NCBI GenBank assembly: GCA_032718475.1
Contig: JAUCBJ010005706.1
Span: 1-33,644 of the forward strand
DNA length: 33,644 nucleotides
Direction of reading: 5' to 3'
Source: Nemertoderma westbladi
Taxonomy: Eukaryota > Animalia > Xenacoelomorpha
Position 1 is the stretch's first letter. Each line of letters opens with the position of its first letter. Below, piece after piece: positions 21,175 to 31,858 of this stretch. The position numbers and the translations under genes were made by a program. The notes under the pieces are model-generated. The model saw only the letters and a program-made list of their open reading frames with translations, searched no databases and was not told where the DNA came from.

Positions 21175-24100
21175 TGTTCGCGCTTTCAGACCTTTGGCAG
21201 TTTAACCCACCAAATTAAGATGTCTTCTAGATATTAAATCAGTTTTTAGTCTATGACAAGTATTTGATTCACTACACTAGTCGAAACCAATCCGTGCGCG
21301 ACCATTCACCCGCTGGATATTCCCGGGAGATTGGGTTCGACGGTTTAATTTTATTGCTATGTAAGCCTAATGTATTATTCGACTGACAGTATTATATAAT
21401 CTCTGACAATATTATTCACCTTCGGGAATATTAACAGTTCCTTTAGGACGTGGCGCTTTATCTATATAAACAGAGTTATGACTTAAACTACTCACAACGA
21501 TATGGCTTAATTATAATTCACATATATGGCGCATTCTTTAGGAATTGCTTCTTTAACAGACTCACTCATACACAATGCTGCACAATACTGCACACTAATC
21601 TGCCAATCTTCACTGATTTTAGTCACATATAAAAGGAACACAGACTGAATCATGTAGGGTCTATCAAATAACATTAGATTCACTTCAAACCACTTTAACA
21701 TAAGTCACAATCGTTTATCTGTAACCCTTCTCTCTTACCTTCGGTATATCAAGAATATTGGGTTTCGGGGTTATTTATCGTTATTCCAAATATAATAATT
21801 CATCAACCATATTATGAAGAACTGACAGTAAATAGCAGTATAAAACAACAACTGAACACTGATTGTTATGAGTTTGCAATGTTTCAGCAGTCAGTATGTA
21901 TGATCAGTTAGCAGGTGATTCCATGAGTCAGGTAGTCGTTAGGTTAAAGGATATATGCCCTTTATAATTAAACCTACTAGTGTAAGACTAAAAAACAGTA
22001 AAGCACAAAATACTTCCAAGCCGTTCTTTCTTTGGCTCAGGACTGAATGTAAACACTGCACATAGGCATTGCGTCATTTCTCGGAAATTTTCTGTACAAG
22101 GAGCCACAAAAACGCTCTAATTGGCTGACTGAACTGAGAGACGCCGTAGAACAAAGGAAATCAACACGTATGAATGTCAGCTGTTAACCGTAGTCATAGT
22201 AACTACTGTTCAAGAGTAGCTATCACCCCTTTGCGTCACGAATTGCCATAGATTCATAAAATATGCCTTTCACAGTACACATACGGAGGAAATAGGTCTT
22301 AGATCCTCTAAAAACACCGATACAGCAATAATACGGTCTCTTACACTTATTAAATCAACTACAGAGTATTTTAATGTAAAAGATAATAAAAATAACGGGG
22401 CAATTCAGCAAAGGCTTTTACACCGCTCCCAGAAAATGGGATTTTCAGTCTATAGAATATAAAAATCACAGTTTCTAAAACATAAAGATACTCTAAACAG
22501 TTAGTCTTTCTTACGCAGACGGCGTTTACGCAGTTTTTTGAGGCTAGCAAGAGTCTTTTTCTCTTTGGGGGGAGCCACTTTACTAGGAGGGCCATAACTC
22601 CTGGGTGAAGGGTGCAATATGATTGCATCAGAAGGTGTAGGATTGTGGTCGAGGTATCTACCGTTTCGATATGCTTCTCCTCGAGCTGATTTTCCTCCGC
22701 TCGTAGCTGGATACGTTCATCCAAAAACTCTCGCAGAGAATAGGATCGTCCAAGTTCGATAACTTCTTAGAGATTCTGGATTTCCCAATCGAATTGAGAT
22801 AAGGCCAATTCGTTTATCGATTGGACTCACCGTTATAACTTACGTTTATCTGAACAAACGCAGGTTTCCTTTTTGATCTTTATAAAATAGCGTTTAACTC
22901 GTTTCGTACAACGCTCTCCTTCCCCTTGATGAGGGGTTGTATCGTGTTAAACGTGGACGACCATACGGTTGGATAGTGATATTAGGTGTCCGCGTCACAA
23001 TCCGGCTAGGTAAGATGGGCGGCTAGCTAGAAATCACTGTCGGAGTGTTACCGATTAATTGTTAGGGTAGCACTAGATCTTTGAACAGTGAATACAGTCC
23101 GCGAGGATCCGCGACACCACCAAGATCGCAGGTCTGAGGTCCAACTAAGGAATGAGGAGGTTTGACCGAGTATTCCGGGACTCTGATCGTAGGTTTACTC
23201 CAGGATCGTTCGAGCCGAGTGAGCATAGGTGATACGTCAACAAGTTTCGGTTTACGTGGATGTTTATGTCTTTCCGTTCATTAGTTGGGTCTAGGGCATT
23301 TATCGTAATAATACCAAAGACGCACGTCTGGTAGGGTAAACGCGGGTGATATTTATTTGTTGTTACAATGCTTCTATCAAGAATTCCAAATATACGTTGG
23401 AGTTACCGCGTCCATTTGTTTCTTAAGTGTCTTTTCTTTCGAGTCGATTTCGAATAGAATTTTCGCATTTGAATTTCCGTTTATGGTTCCAACTCCGCTG
23501 GGCAGGATATATAGTCGACATAGTCCGTATTGTGTAAATCGATAGGATGACAAGACCATCTTCTATCAACTCCGTCATATCTGCTATATATGAGTTTATT
23601 CACATTATAATGAGTTTATATTTAGGCGAGCGGGCGTCGCTGCCTACCCCAATCAACCCCCGGACAGTACGAGATCCTCAGCGCCGATGTGTCGTCGCCG
23701 CTGTACTTTCGCCAACGACGTAGCCGCACAACGACAACGACAACCGGCACAAGTCACTCAACTGTCCGTCCCAAAGGCTTAGATGTACTTCAGGTTTTCC
23801 TTGGAGAGTTAGGTTACTTTACGATTGCGACTGGCTACTGTAAACACACCTTAGTAGTAACATTCGCCTATAAGCTCACAAGTACCACACACAACTTGTC
23901 ACAAATTACACACACTCGGGTCACTTGTCTGTTAGTCAATGCCTTCCAGAATGTCACTGTATTATTATGTATCCTTGGATACTATCAGTGCACTATTTAT
24001 TCCCTATGCTATTCAATGGGACAAGCTTTCTATTGTTCTTTTAACTCAATTCTAATTCTAGCGTGGTTGTTGCTATGGTGACATTATGCAAAGCTAGCGG

Positions 24101-25216
24101 TAGAATTAGGGTGATTCCAATGCATACAGATCTGGGATGTTATTTAATAGTAATTCTTTAATAGTCAATGTTCTGTGTTATACATGACTTTATGAATTTT
24201 ATCGGCTATTGACTATGTTTGGGAGACTTTCACACACTCATACGCATGATAAGATAAATCTCCGCTCCCTTGATCTATTAATTAATGGAATTTTGGGAAC
24301 TTTATAAATTGCGTAAAAATGGCAATTTATTAAATTCATTAAAAGGCATGAATTTAAATTTATTCCCTGAAATTTTATTATTTGATAATTAAATGGACAT
24401 ATTTTGATTCTAGAACATGTCTAGGGACACAAGATCCTTAATTCTATGACAATTGTCTTTTTTAAGAATATCGGTAAATGCTACGATATCTTAATCGACT
24501 AGAATTGTTAAAGGATCTAAATTTTACAGATTTTGACGTATTAGATTTACAAATATTAAATAATTAATATTTGAGATGGGCACCGATTTATTCCAGAACT
24601 TGTCTGGGGACGTTAACCACTGATTCTATAATTTGTCTTTCAAGTATATCGGTGGGTGCCACGATATCTTAATCGACTAGAATTACAGATGGTCAAAGGG
24701 TTTAACAGATTTATTTTGCGTTATACGCTACTGTTAAAGGGACATCACGCTACTATATGTATTATTTAATATACGGTATGAGAGCAATATCGCACGAAGC
24801 AATGTCAGTGTGAAGAGGCAAGTCGTTTCCAAGGTCTACCCAGAGCTTGGTTTAGCCGAGACACGAGGATCTGAACTTTGCATTCCTAATACTCTGCCTA
24901 CCAATAATACTAAAATATAGTAGTGGCTTTATTGTACTTTAATAAGTACGGACATTTCATCTTACTGTAGTCACGTATTTATAATATGATACGGACAGTA
25001 AAGAAAGAGGAAAATAATTATTTCTTGCCGTCGCATTAAATATAATATATACGTAATTAAGTAATAAACGCGAATATATATTGCACTAATCTACTAAATA
25101 ATCGCTAAAATAACATTCTACTGAATAAAATTAAAGAAAACGATTATAATAAAATTACATAGTAATACATACAGAAATATAAAAATAATAAAATAATATA
25201 AAATAATAGAGTCACA
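21175..25216 (-). repeat. 3' LTR of the BEL element (21175-22960 directly confirmed; extension to about 25216 inferred)
   Basis: Matches 31859-33644 up to the window end. The candidate boundary is minus-strand GGAGTGGGTG (PPT-like, 25217-25226) followed by TGTGAC, just after the ORF stop. Confidence 0.65.
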
Positions 25217-25234
25217 CACCCACTCCATATGTTG

Positions 25235-28200
25235 TTACGTTATGGAGTCCCTAGATGTTTGAAGGATTAGGGAGGTGGTCGTGGGAAGAGAATCTTGACT
25301 TCCACAGTTTCCGGAGAGTCCTCCATTCCCTTCCGATAAACACAAACGACCGACTGGGTGATTGAGTCGCTGCATCCTGAATACAATTCCAGGTTTCCTC
25401 TTCGTCCTGGAATAGTGACGATAGAAACATCGCTCAAAGTATATGACGGCGTCACAAAGCCGATTCCAGGAGCTATAGTGGTCCGTCGCTCTCTGCAGGA
25501 GAGGTGAGAGTCCCTGCGAGACGTCTGATGTTCCAGAGCTCCAATCGCTCTCTCTGATCTTCATGAAGGATCCACTCGTGGAGGGGAGGCCCAGATCCAC
25601 GGCGTCGTCCCTGGCAACATGTAATACCGACAGATCTATCCCGGGTTCAAATAACTCCGATCCACCCGTCCGGGTTTCAGGTTCGACTTTCTCCGCTCCC
25701 TTGGCTGGTCTAATCTCAGTCGGAGTAAGATGGGGAGGCCATTCATTCTCCTTACTCAGGAAGTCGGGTTCACCTAACCTGTCTATAGTATCTGTCAGTT
25801 CTTGAGGAGTTGCTCCTCTGGAAGCGATGTCCGTTGGATTAAACTTCTTGGGGCAATATCTCCATTGATCTACATTGGAGCTAAGATTGTCATTATCTGA
25901 GGAGTGTGGTGTTCCCTCAGTTGGGTCGTCTCCCTCACTAGTATCATCTTCCCATTCACTCACCTGGCAGACGCGATCTTGAAGCAGTCTTTCCCTGAGC
26001 GTTCTACGGGAAGGTCCAGTAAGGTACCAACCTACTCTAGTTCTTACCGCATAGGTCTGTAGTGGCTGCGGTTGAGCAGGCCGTTTCTCTAATGTCTCCA
26101 GCGCCTCATGCGCGTTTTGGCCGATGAGTATTTGCACTCCAGGATAATCAGTCTGGAATCGAGGTATGTTAAGATGTTGGATGCTCTCATCCTCGTCCCA
26201 ATCATAAAGGTCTGCTTGAGTAGTAGCGAAGTTCTTTATAGCCACCATTTTCACTGACCTTATGCTGTGTTCTCCTAATTCGTCCTGGGGGGTGGACAAC
26301 GCTCCGACATAATAATCAGCTGTTATTGTAGATTTCCAAACTTGCATAATGCCTGACATGTTGAGCTTAGTTTGGAACTTGGGTTGTCCAGCAAATATAT
26401 TTTCGGCTAGCTCTTTATCGATGAATGTTCCTGTGCTACCGGAGTCCAGGAGGGCGTTCACTATATAGCTCTTCTGAGGTCCGTGGACCCGTAACTGGAC
26501 TACAGGAAATTCTCGGATTCCTATATTGGAAGTTGGCGCTTTCCAAGATGGTTGTTGATCTGAAGTAGTTAGGGTGAGGTCGCTGTCTGTGTCTTTCTCA
26601 TACATGAGTGCTCGATACACTGCGGTGGTGTTTATTAGGTAACAGGATTCGTTTTGGTCGGAGAACTCGTCCGTATAGAATCCTTCCATCTCAGATTGAT
26701 CAGTGTCGTTCACATCACTGAATTGGACATGTAGTTCGGACTCACTTACCTGACTCGGGCTGTTTCGTTCGAATTCCGTGTGCAACAAGATATGATGTTT
26801 TGCGCCGCACTTTGCACACCTTGCGTCGGAGTTACAGGTTCGCCGTTGGTGTCCTCGTCTGAGGCAATTATAACACAACCGCTTATCCCACATGACTTCA
26901 CGTCTATCCTCGGGTGATTTCCTCAGGAATTTATCACACGCATTTAAACGGTGGGGCCCGTCGCACAGCACACATTTCGGCTTGATGTTACTTACTTTAA
27001 CCTGTGCTATGTGGTGCACACTTGTTCTTTCCTCGGGCTTTCTCACCTGAATTCTTTTAGGAGACGTAGGAAGGGTTTTTTGTACCGGTTCCCTTCTGTC
27101 ATTGGGTCGAGACTCGGATTTACTTACCTGATCTTTAGGCATTTTATTGACATAATAAGATCTGTCAGTGTCTTTCCCGCTGTCCTCTCCTTGAGAAGTT
27201 TGGCTTTCACCGTCGTCGGTATAACATACTGGTGTTACCCTTCTCCTAGAAACGGGTTTCTCACTTACCTTACTTTCCGCTGTCTTCTCTCTGGACTGCT
27301 TCAGGAGCTGTAATTTCACTTCTCCATCTAGGAATGACATGAGATCAGCCATGGTAGGGTCTCGCCGTTGTTGTTCCATCATATATAACACTTTCTTATC
27401 CCAGCGTGTACCTACTCCACCTTTAGGCAAAGTAGAAGCCACTGCTCTAATAACCATAGTGTTCTGATACTCATGAGACTTACCTAGCCAATCTAATTGT
27501 CTGCAGATCTCCTGGATCTCATCGGAAAACTCGATAATTCCGCTACTAATAAACTTTCGGGGCGCTACTAACTTGGCATACAAGTACCCAGCGATATTAT
27601 TCCTATTACCATACCTGATGTTTAGCGTATCCCAAACTTGTCTTAATCCGTCTGGATGTCCAATAAACTTTAACGCCATTAACTTGGGAGATCCTTCCAA
27701 GCACTCGATGAGGTATCTAAGTTTTTCTCCATTAGACAGTACAGAGTTCTGTATGTTATCTTTGTAATATTCATTAAAAGGTAACCATTTCATCTCATCT
27801 CCATTGAACTTGACGATCTCTCCAACCTTTACCGCTTGCCGGGCTTCGGTTCTAGCCATTTGACGCGTAAAACTTTCTTGGGCCATCGTGCTATTTAATA
27901 TCGAGTTATCGGTATATAAATTTCTCGGATTATGATCCGGTCTATAGGGAATATCACTATCAACAGGTCTATAATTACCCTTAATAGGGTTCACTATAGG
28001 AGTTTCTACTTCGCTAGCAGTATAGATGCGTGTAGGTTCCACACCTTGCGCATGAGATACTTCAGACCTAACGGGTTGACACATTGTTACAGGGGGTGGT
28101 GGTATACCCTTTTGTAAATTTACTAATTTATCGCGCTCTAGCGCGATATTTTGCTGCACTTCTTGCAACTCTAACTTGCTTTCCCTCACTGTTCCCTTTA

Positions 28201-29686
28201 AATGTTGGACAGTCCCTTCCAACTCTCGGACCTGGGAGGAGCGTATCCGATTCTCCTTCATCTCTCCAAGGAGAATATCCATCCCCCGCCGTCTCTCGTC
28301 TACCCAATCAACCGCCGAAACGGGATCCGCCAACGTCGTAGCGGGCAGACAAGGGACAACGGGCGACAAATTCGGAATATTTCGCTCGGGGTCCAGGACC
28401 TGAACTGTCTCTCGGGCAGTTCTACGGGGCACAGGTAGCTTAGTGCTATGTAGAGGGAATTTATAGGTAGCTTCAGGGAGCACAGGTGTATCTATTACCG
28501 TAGGGGTGATTTCAAGAACAGGCCTACCTATTTCAGGCTCATCTACTATAGTAGGGAGTCTTTCTATTTTAATTATTTGGTCTGTGGGCTCTGTACTACC
28601 TAAGTTGGTGTTATTTAGCTGCCTTCTAACAGCTGGAGGCAAATCAGGCAATTTCTGACGGTGGAATGTTCTTTTACGTCGACTGGGACGAGATCTATTT
28701 CCCTTGCCTTCAGTATCGGTGGTATCGCCTTCCTCAGATGATGTATATCCCTGTCTTTTGGGAGTAGATCGATTCATCATCTGCATATTACTAGCTGCTA
28801 ACTGTTTATTTATGCAGTCTTGATTCTCCTGAATGTTTTCCAATTCTAATTGGGTGATTTCGTCAGCCGCTTTCCTTTCTGCTTCTGCCACTTTTGTCTC
28901 TGCCGCTGCCTCTGCCTCTGCCGCTGCCTTGGCCGCTGCCGCCTTTGCCTCTGCCGCTGCCTTGGCCGCTACCGCCTTTCTTTCTGCTTCTGCAACTACT
29001 ACTGCTGCTTTCTTTCTGTCTTCTATACGTTTTTTCTTTACTTGTTCTTCTTGGACTCGTGTCAGGCGGAGTTGTTCATCAAATTTAGCCTGGTTCGCCG
29101 CCAACATTTCCGCATCGATTGCGTCCAGCACAAGCTTGGTTCCTTCACTATTAGGGCTAAGCCCCTCCAGCCTTCTCCTCAACTCTTCATCTCCTACAAA
29201 GCGTTGATAGTCTGACAGATAGATGTCAATAGCATCCCTCTTATGCGGTTTCTCTGCTGTCACCTCGCTCTCTTCTTGAGAAGAAGTGGCGTCGGTTGAT
29301 TCTTCATAGGTTGGCCGCTCATCATAAACCTTATCCGCCATCTTCGCTCCGCGTTCGGGCGTCCGCTCAACAGTATCCGAACTACTGGAGCTATCGGGCC
29401 GTTGAGAAGTAAGTCCCTGGCTCGCGGGTTGTTGCGGTTCCACTGCTTCTTGGTCCCGCCTAACTTGGGCTCGAGTACCGATGATAGACCTACGGCGCTT
29501 CACTAACTTCGCGAATTGCGAAATTGCTTCTACTAACCTAGGTTCTGACACAGCTACTGTAGGGGTTGTCTTTCTTACAGTAGGAGGGGTTTCAGACCTC
29601 GGTCTGGGATTCTCTATACTCCTATCTGATAAACAGACTGTTGTTTCTAGGAGACTATCTGACAGAGTTTGCCTTGTGTCAGACAT
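25235..29686 (-). CDS. BEL/Pao Gag-protease polyprotein with RNase H C-terminal remnant, 1483 aa
   Basis: DUF1759-like FNGDEMKWLPF...EKLRYL..CLEG. Three knuckles CVLCDGPHRLNAC, CYNCLRRGHQRRTC and CAKCGAKHHILLH. Protease ALLDSGS, ILIG and RTRVGW. Then QWRY...NPTDIASRG and YSSWNRL. No YxDD motif and no DDE integrase. Confidence 0.92.
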   Translation of the reverse strand: MSDTRQTLSDSLLETTVCLSDRSIENPRPRSETPPTVRKTTPTVAVSEPRLVEAISQFAKLVKRRRSIIGTRAQVRRDQEAVEPQQPASQGLTSQRPDSSSSSDTVERTPERGAKMADKVYDERPTYEESTDATSSQEESEVTAEKPHKRDAIDIYLSDYQRFVGDEELRRRLEGLSPNSEGTKLVLDAIDAEMLAANQAKFDEQLRLTRVQEEQVKKKRIEDRKKAAVVVAEAERKAVAAKAAAEAKAAAAKAAAEAEAAAETKVAEAERKAADEITQLELENIQENQDCINKQLAASNMQMMNRSTPKRQGYTSSEEGDTTDTEGKGNRSRPSRRKRTFHRQKLPDLPPAVRRQLNNTNLGSTEPTDQIIKIERLPTIVDEPEIGRPVLEITPTVIDTPVLPEATYKFPLHSTKLPVPRRTARETVQVLDPERNIPNLSPVVPCLPATTLADPVSAVDWVDERRRGMDILLGEMKENRIRSSQVRELEGTVQHLKGTVRESKLELQEVQQNIALERDKLVNLQKGIPPPPVTMCQPVRSEVSHAQGVEPTRIYTASEVETPIVNPIKGNYRPVDSDIPYRPDHNPRNLYTDNSILNSTMAQESFTRQMARTEARQAVKVGEIVKFNGDEMKWLPFNEYYKDNIQNSVLSNGEKLRYLIECLEGSPKLMALKFIGHPDGLRQVWDTLNIRYGNRNNIAGYLYAKLVAPRKFISSGIIEFSDEIQEICRQLDWLGKSHEYQNTMVIRAVASTLPKGGVGTRWDKKVLYMMEQQRRDPTMADLMSFLDGEVKLQLLKQSREKTAESKVSEKPVSRRRVTPVCYTDDGESQTSQGEDSGKDTDRSYYVNKMPKDQVSKSESRPNDRREPVQKTLPTSPKRIQVRKPEERTSVHHIAQVKVSNIKPKCVLCDGPHRLNACDKFLRKSPEDRREVMWDKRLCYNCLRRGHQRRTCNSDARCAKCGAKHHILLHTEFERNSPSQVSESELHVQFSDVNDTDQSEMEGFYTDEFSDQNESCYLINTTAVYRALMYEKDTDSDLTLTTSDQQPSWKAPTSNIGIREFPVVQLRVHGPQKSYIVNALLDSGSTGTFIDKELAENIFAGQPKFQTKLNMSGIMQVWKSTITADYYVGALSTPQDELGEHSIRSVKMVAIKNFATTQADLYDWDEDESIQHLNIPRFQTDYPGVQILIGQNAHEALETLEKRPAQPQPLQTYAVRTRVGWYLTGPSRRTLRERLLQDRVCQVSEWEDDTSEGDDPTEGTPHSSDNDNLSSNVDQWRYCPKKFNPTDIASRGATPQELTDTIDRLGEPDFLSKENEWPPHLTPTEIRPAKGAEKVEPETRTGGSELFEPGIDLSVLHVARDDAVDLGLPSTSGSFMKIRESDWSSGTSDVSQGLSPLLQRATDHYSSWNRLCDAVIYFERCFYRHYSRTKRKPGIVFRMQRLNHPVGRLCLSEGNGGLSGNCGSQDSLPTTTSLILQTSRDSIT

Positions 29687-31061
29687 GTTTGTTTGTACAG
29701 TTGGATGCCTACTGCTATATTACAGTCTAAGCAAGTCTAGTAATTCAGTATTAACTGCTAGCCCAGTAATTAATTACCGATACTGCTACTCAGTGTAGTA
29801 GGATATATATATAATATATTAGAACACCGGTATGCTTATGGTATATATAACTATATAAGTATTATTACAGACTAGGTTCATCACAGAATACCGGTATAAT
29901 TTTAGCACAAATATATATAAATATATAATAGGCCTATCGGGAATACCGGTATACAGTTTACAGTTTGTAGTATATATAATTCTGGACTAGAATTAATTAT
30001 AAGTACCGGTATAATTTCAGCCTAAATTTATAGAAATAAAGATAATAGGCCTATCGTAAATACCGGTATATCAATTATTTTAAATAATTGAATTTCTGTA
30101 TTTTAGGGTTACTTGGTTACTTTACTTACTTTACTACCGTTATTTGAGCAGTAATCCAACTGATATTGAGACCTAATGGTTGTATGGTAGGCCTACTATT
30201 TATAAATCGTTAGATTTGATTTATAATATATATATACCCGTTTTAATGGGTTTTGTCTATGTTTGAAATAAATGTTATTATTTCTGGGGAGTAATCACTA
30301 CACAAAGCGGTGCGCTTTCAGTGAAGTGTTACGTATAGGACACTAAAACAAATAATTCTAATTTACCTAAGTTACTTAATACTACAAATTACGTACAATT
30401 CGGGTTAGATTACAATCTCTAAATAAATGCAAAAATTTACAAAAAACACAAAATACGAATTTTTAGGGTAATTTTACAAGAAGTCTACAAACCAGCCTAA
30501 CAAAGGGTTAGAAAACCGGTTATTACAACGGACAGGGTACTACGGTATTTGAAATAATAAGTAGTAGTAAATACACTGCGTTGTCTAGATAGGAAAATAC
30601 CACCGCCTGACGACCTATAGCCGTATCGCTATAGGTTCTACATTATGTATCACGGAGTGTTCCTACCTAGAAGTTAATAGAGCTAATCGAATGTGCCTAT
30701 CAACCACTTTACAACACAGATATAATGTCTACAATAATTACTTCGGAAAGTACTGTACACTAAACCCTAAATTAGGTACGAGTACTTGTACAACAGATAA
30801 TCAGTAGTTAAATATACTTGAACAGCTAAAAGAACCACGGCATCTGCTGGAGTGACCGATGCACAAAATCACCAGTCTTTACCTACGCCGAGCAGCCCGT
30901 GTAGTACCGGGGTTAATTTAACTATAGCGGTATGTATAACAAACACAATTACTGTAGGAACAAACTTGGGGAATGAATGTTGCGGATAATCGCATAAACT
31001 CTGAATAATAAATATTACGCTACGCGTACAAACTACTCAAACAAAATACAGACCGAACACT

Positions 31062-31580
31062 GACAGACTACTATCAAGCCTAAACAAACTACGGTATATG
31101 CAGACTCCGAAATGATTAGGGAGTATGCGCTCTAACCCAGTAGTGCGACTTATTCTTTAGTTGGGGGTTTACCTTACAGCGTTCGCTGCCCCTACTGCCT
31201 AACCGTACTTAATCGGACAGATGATCTACACACGCGGCAATCCGTTCAGACCTAATAACAGCCAGACAACTATCCAGCCTACAAATTATCTAAGTAAAAT
31301 TATACGCTACCCGTACAGACTTACACAAACAAAGTACAGACTAAACGATGGCAGACTACTCTCAAGCTTAAATAAACCGCAGGACATGCAGACTCCGAAA
31401 TGATTAGGGAGTATGCGCTCTAACCCAGTAGTGCGACTTATTCTTTAGTTGGGGGTTTACCTTACAGCGTTCGCTGCCCCTACTGCCTAACCGTACTTAA
31501 TCGGACAGGTGATCTACACACACTGCAATTCGTTCGGACCTAACAGCAATCAGACAACAGCTCAGCCTACAAATCGTCTG
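31062..31580. repeat. 288-bp period tandem duplication in the BEL 5' leader
   Basis: ATGCAGACTCCGAAATGATTAGGGAG occurs at 31098 and 31386, with a core of about 120 bp that is identical. Confidence 0.9.
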
Positions 31581-31858
31581 TACAATCTGATCAGGCTTAC
31601 ACGCCTTCTGTTCAATACTGGCCTACAAATAAATAAAACTTGACAGAAATAAGTAAAATCTCAATAAAAAATCAGGGCGGCCGTTCCCTGATTAAGTACT
31701 AAGACCTACCGGTATACAACAATCAAATCGAATAATACTAGTGTACCTGTACTGCTGTAGGTACCGGTCCGGGTGGTTAGGTAGTCAGGCCTACTGGGTA
31801 CCGGTTGCCGGTACTTCAGCTTTATTGCCTACTGCAATACAGAAGCGATATCCTTTAA

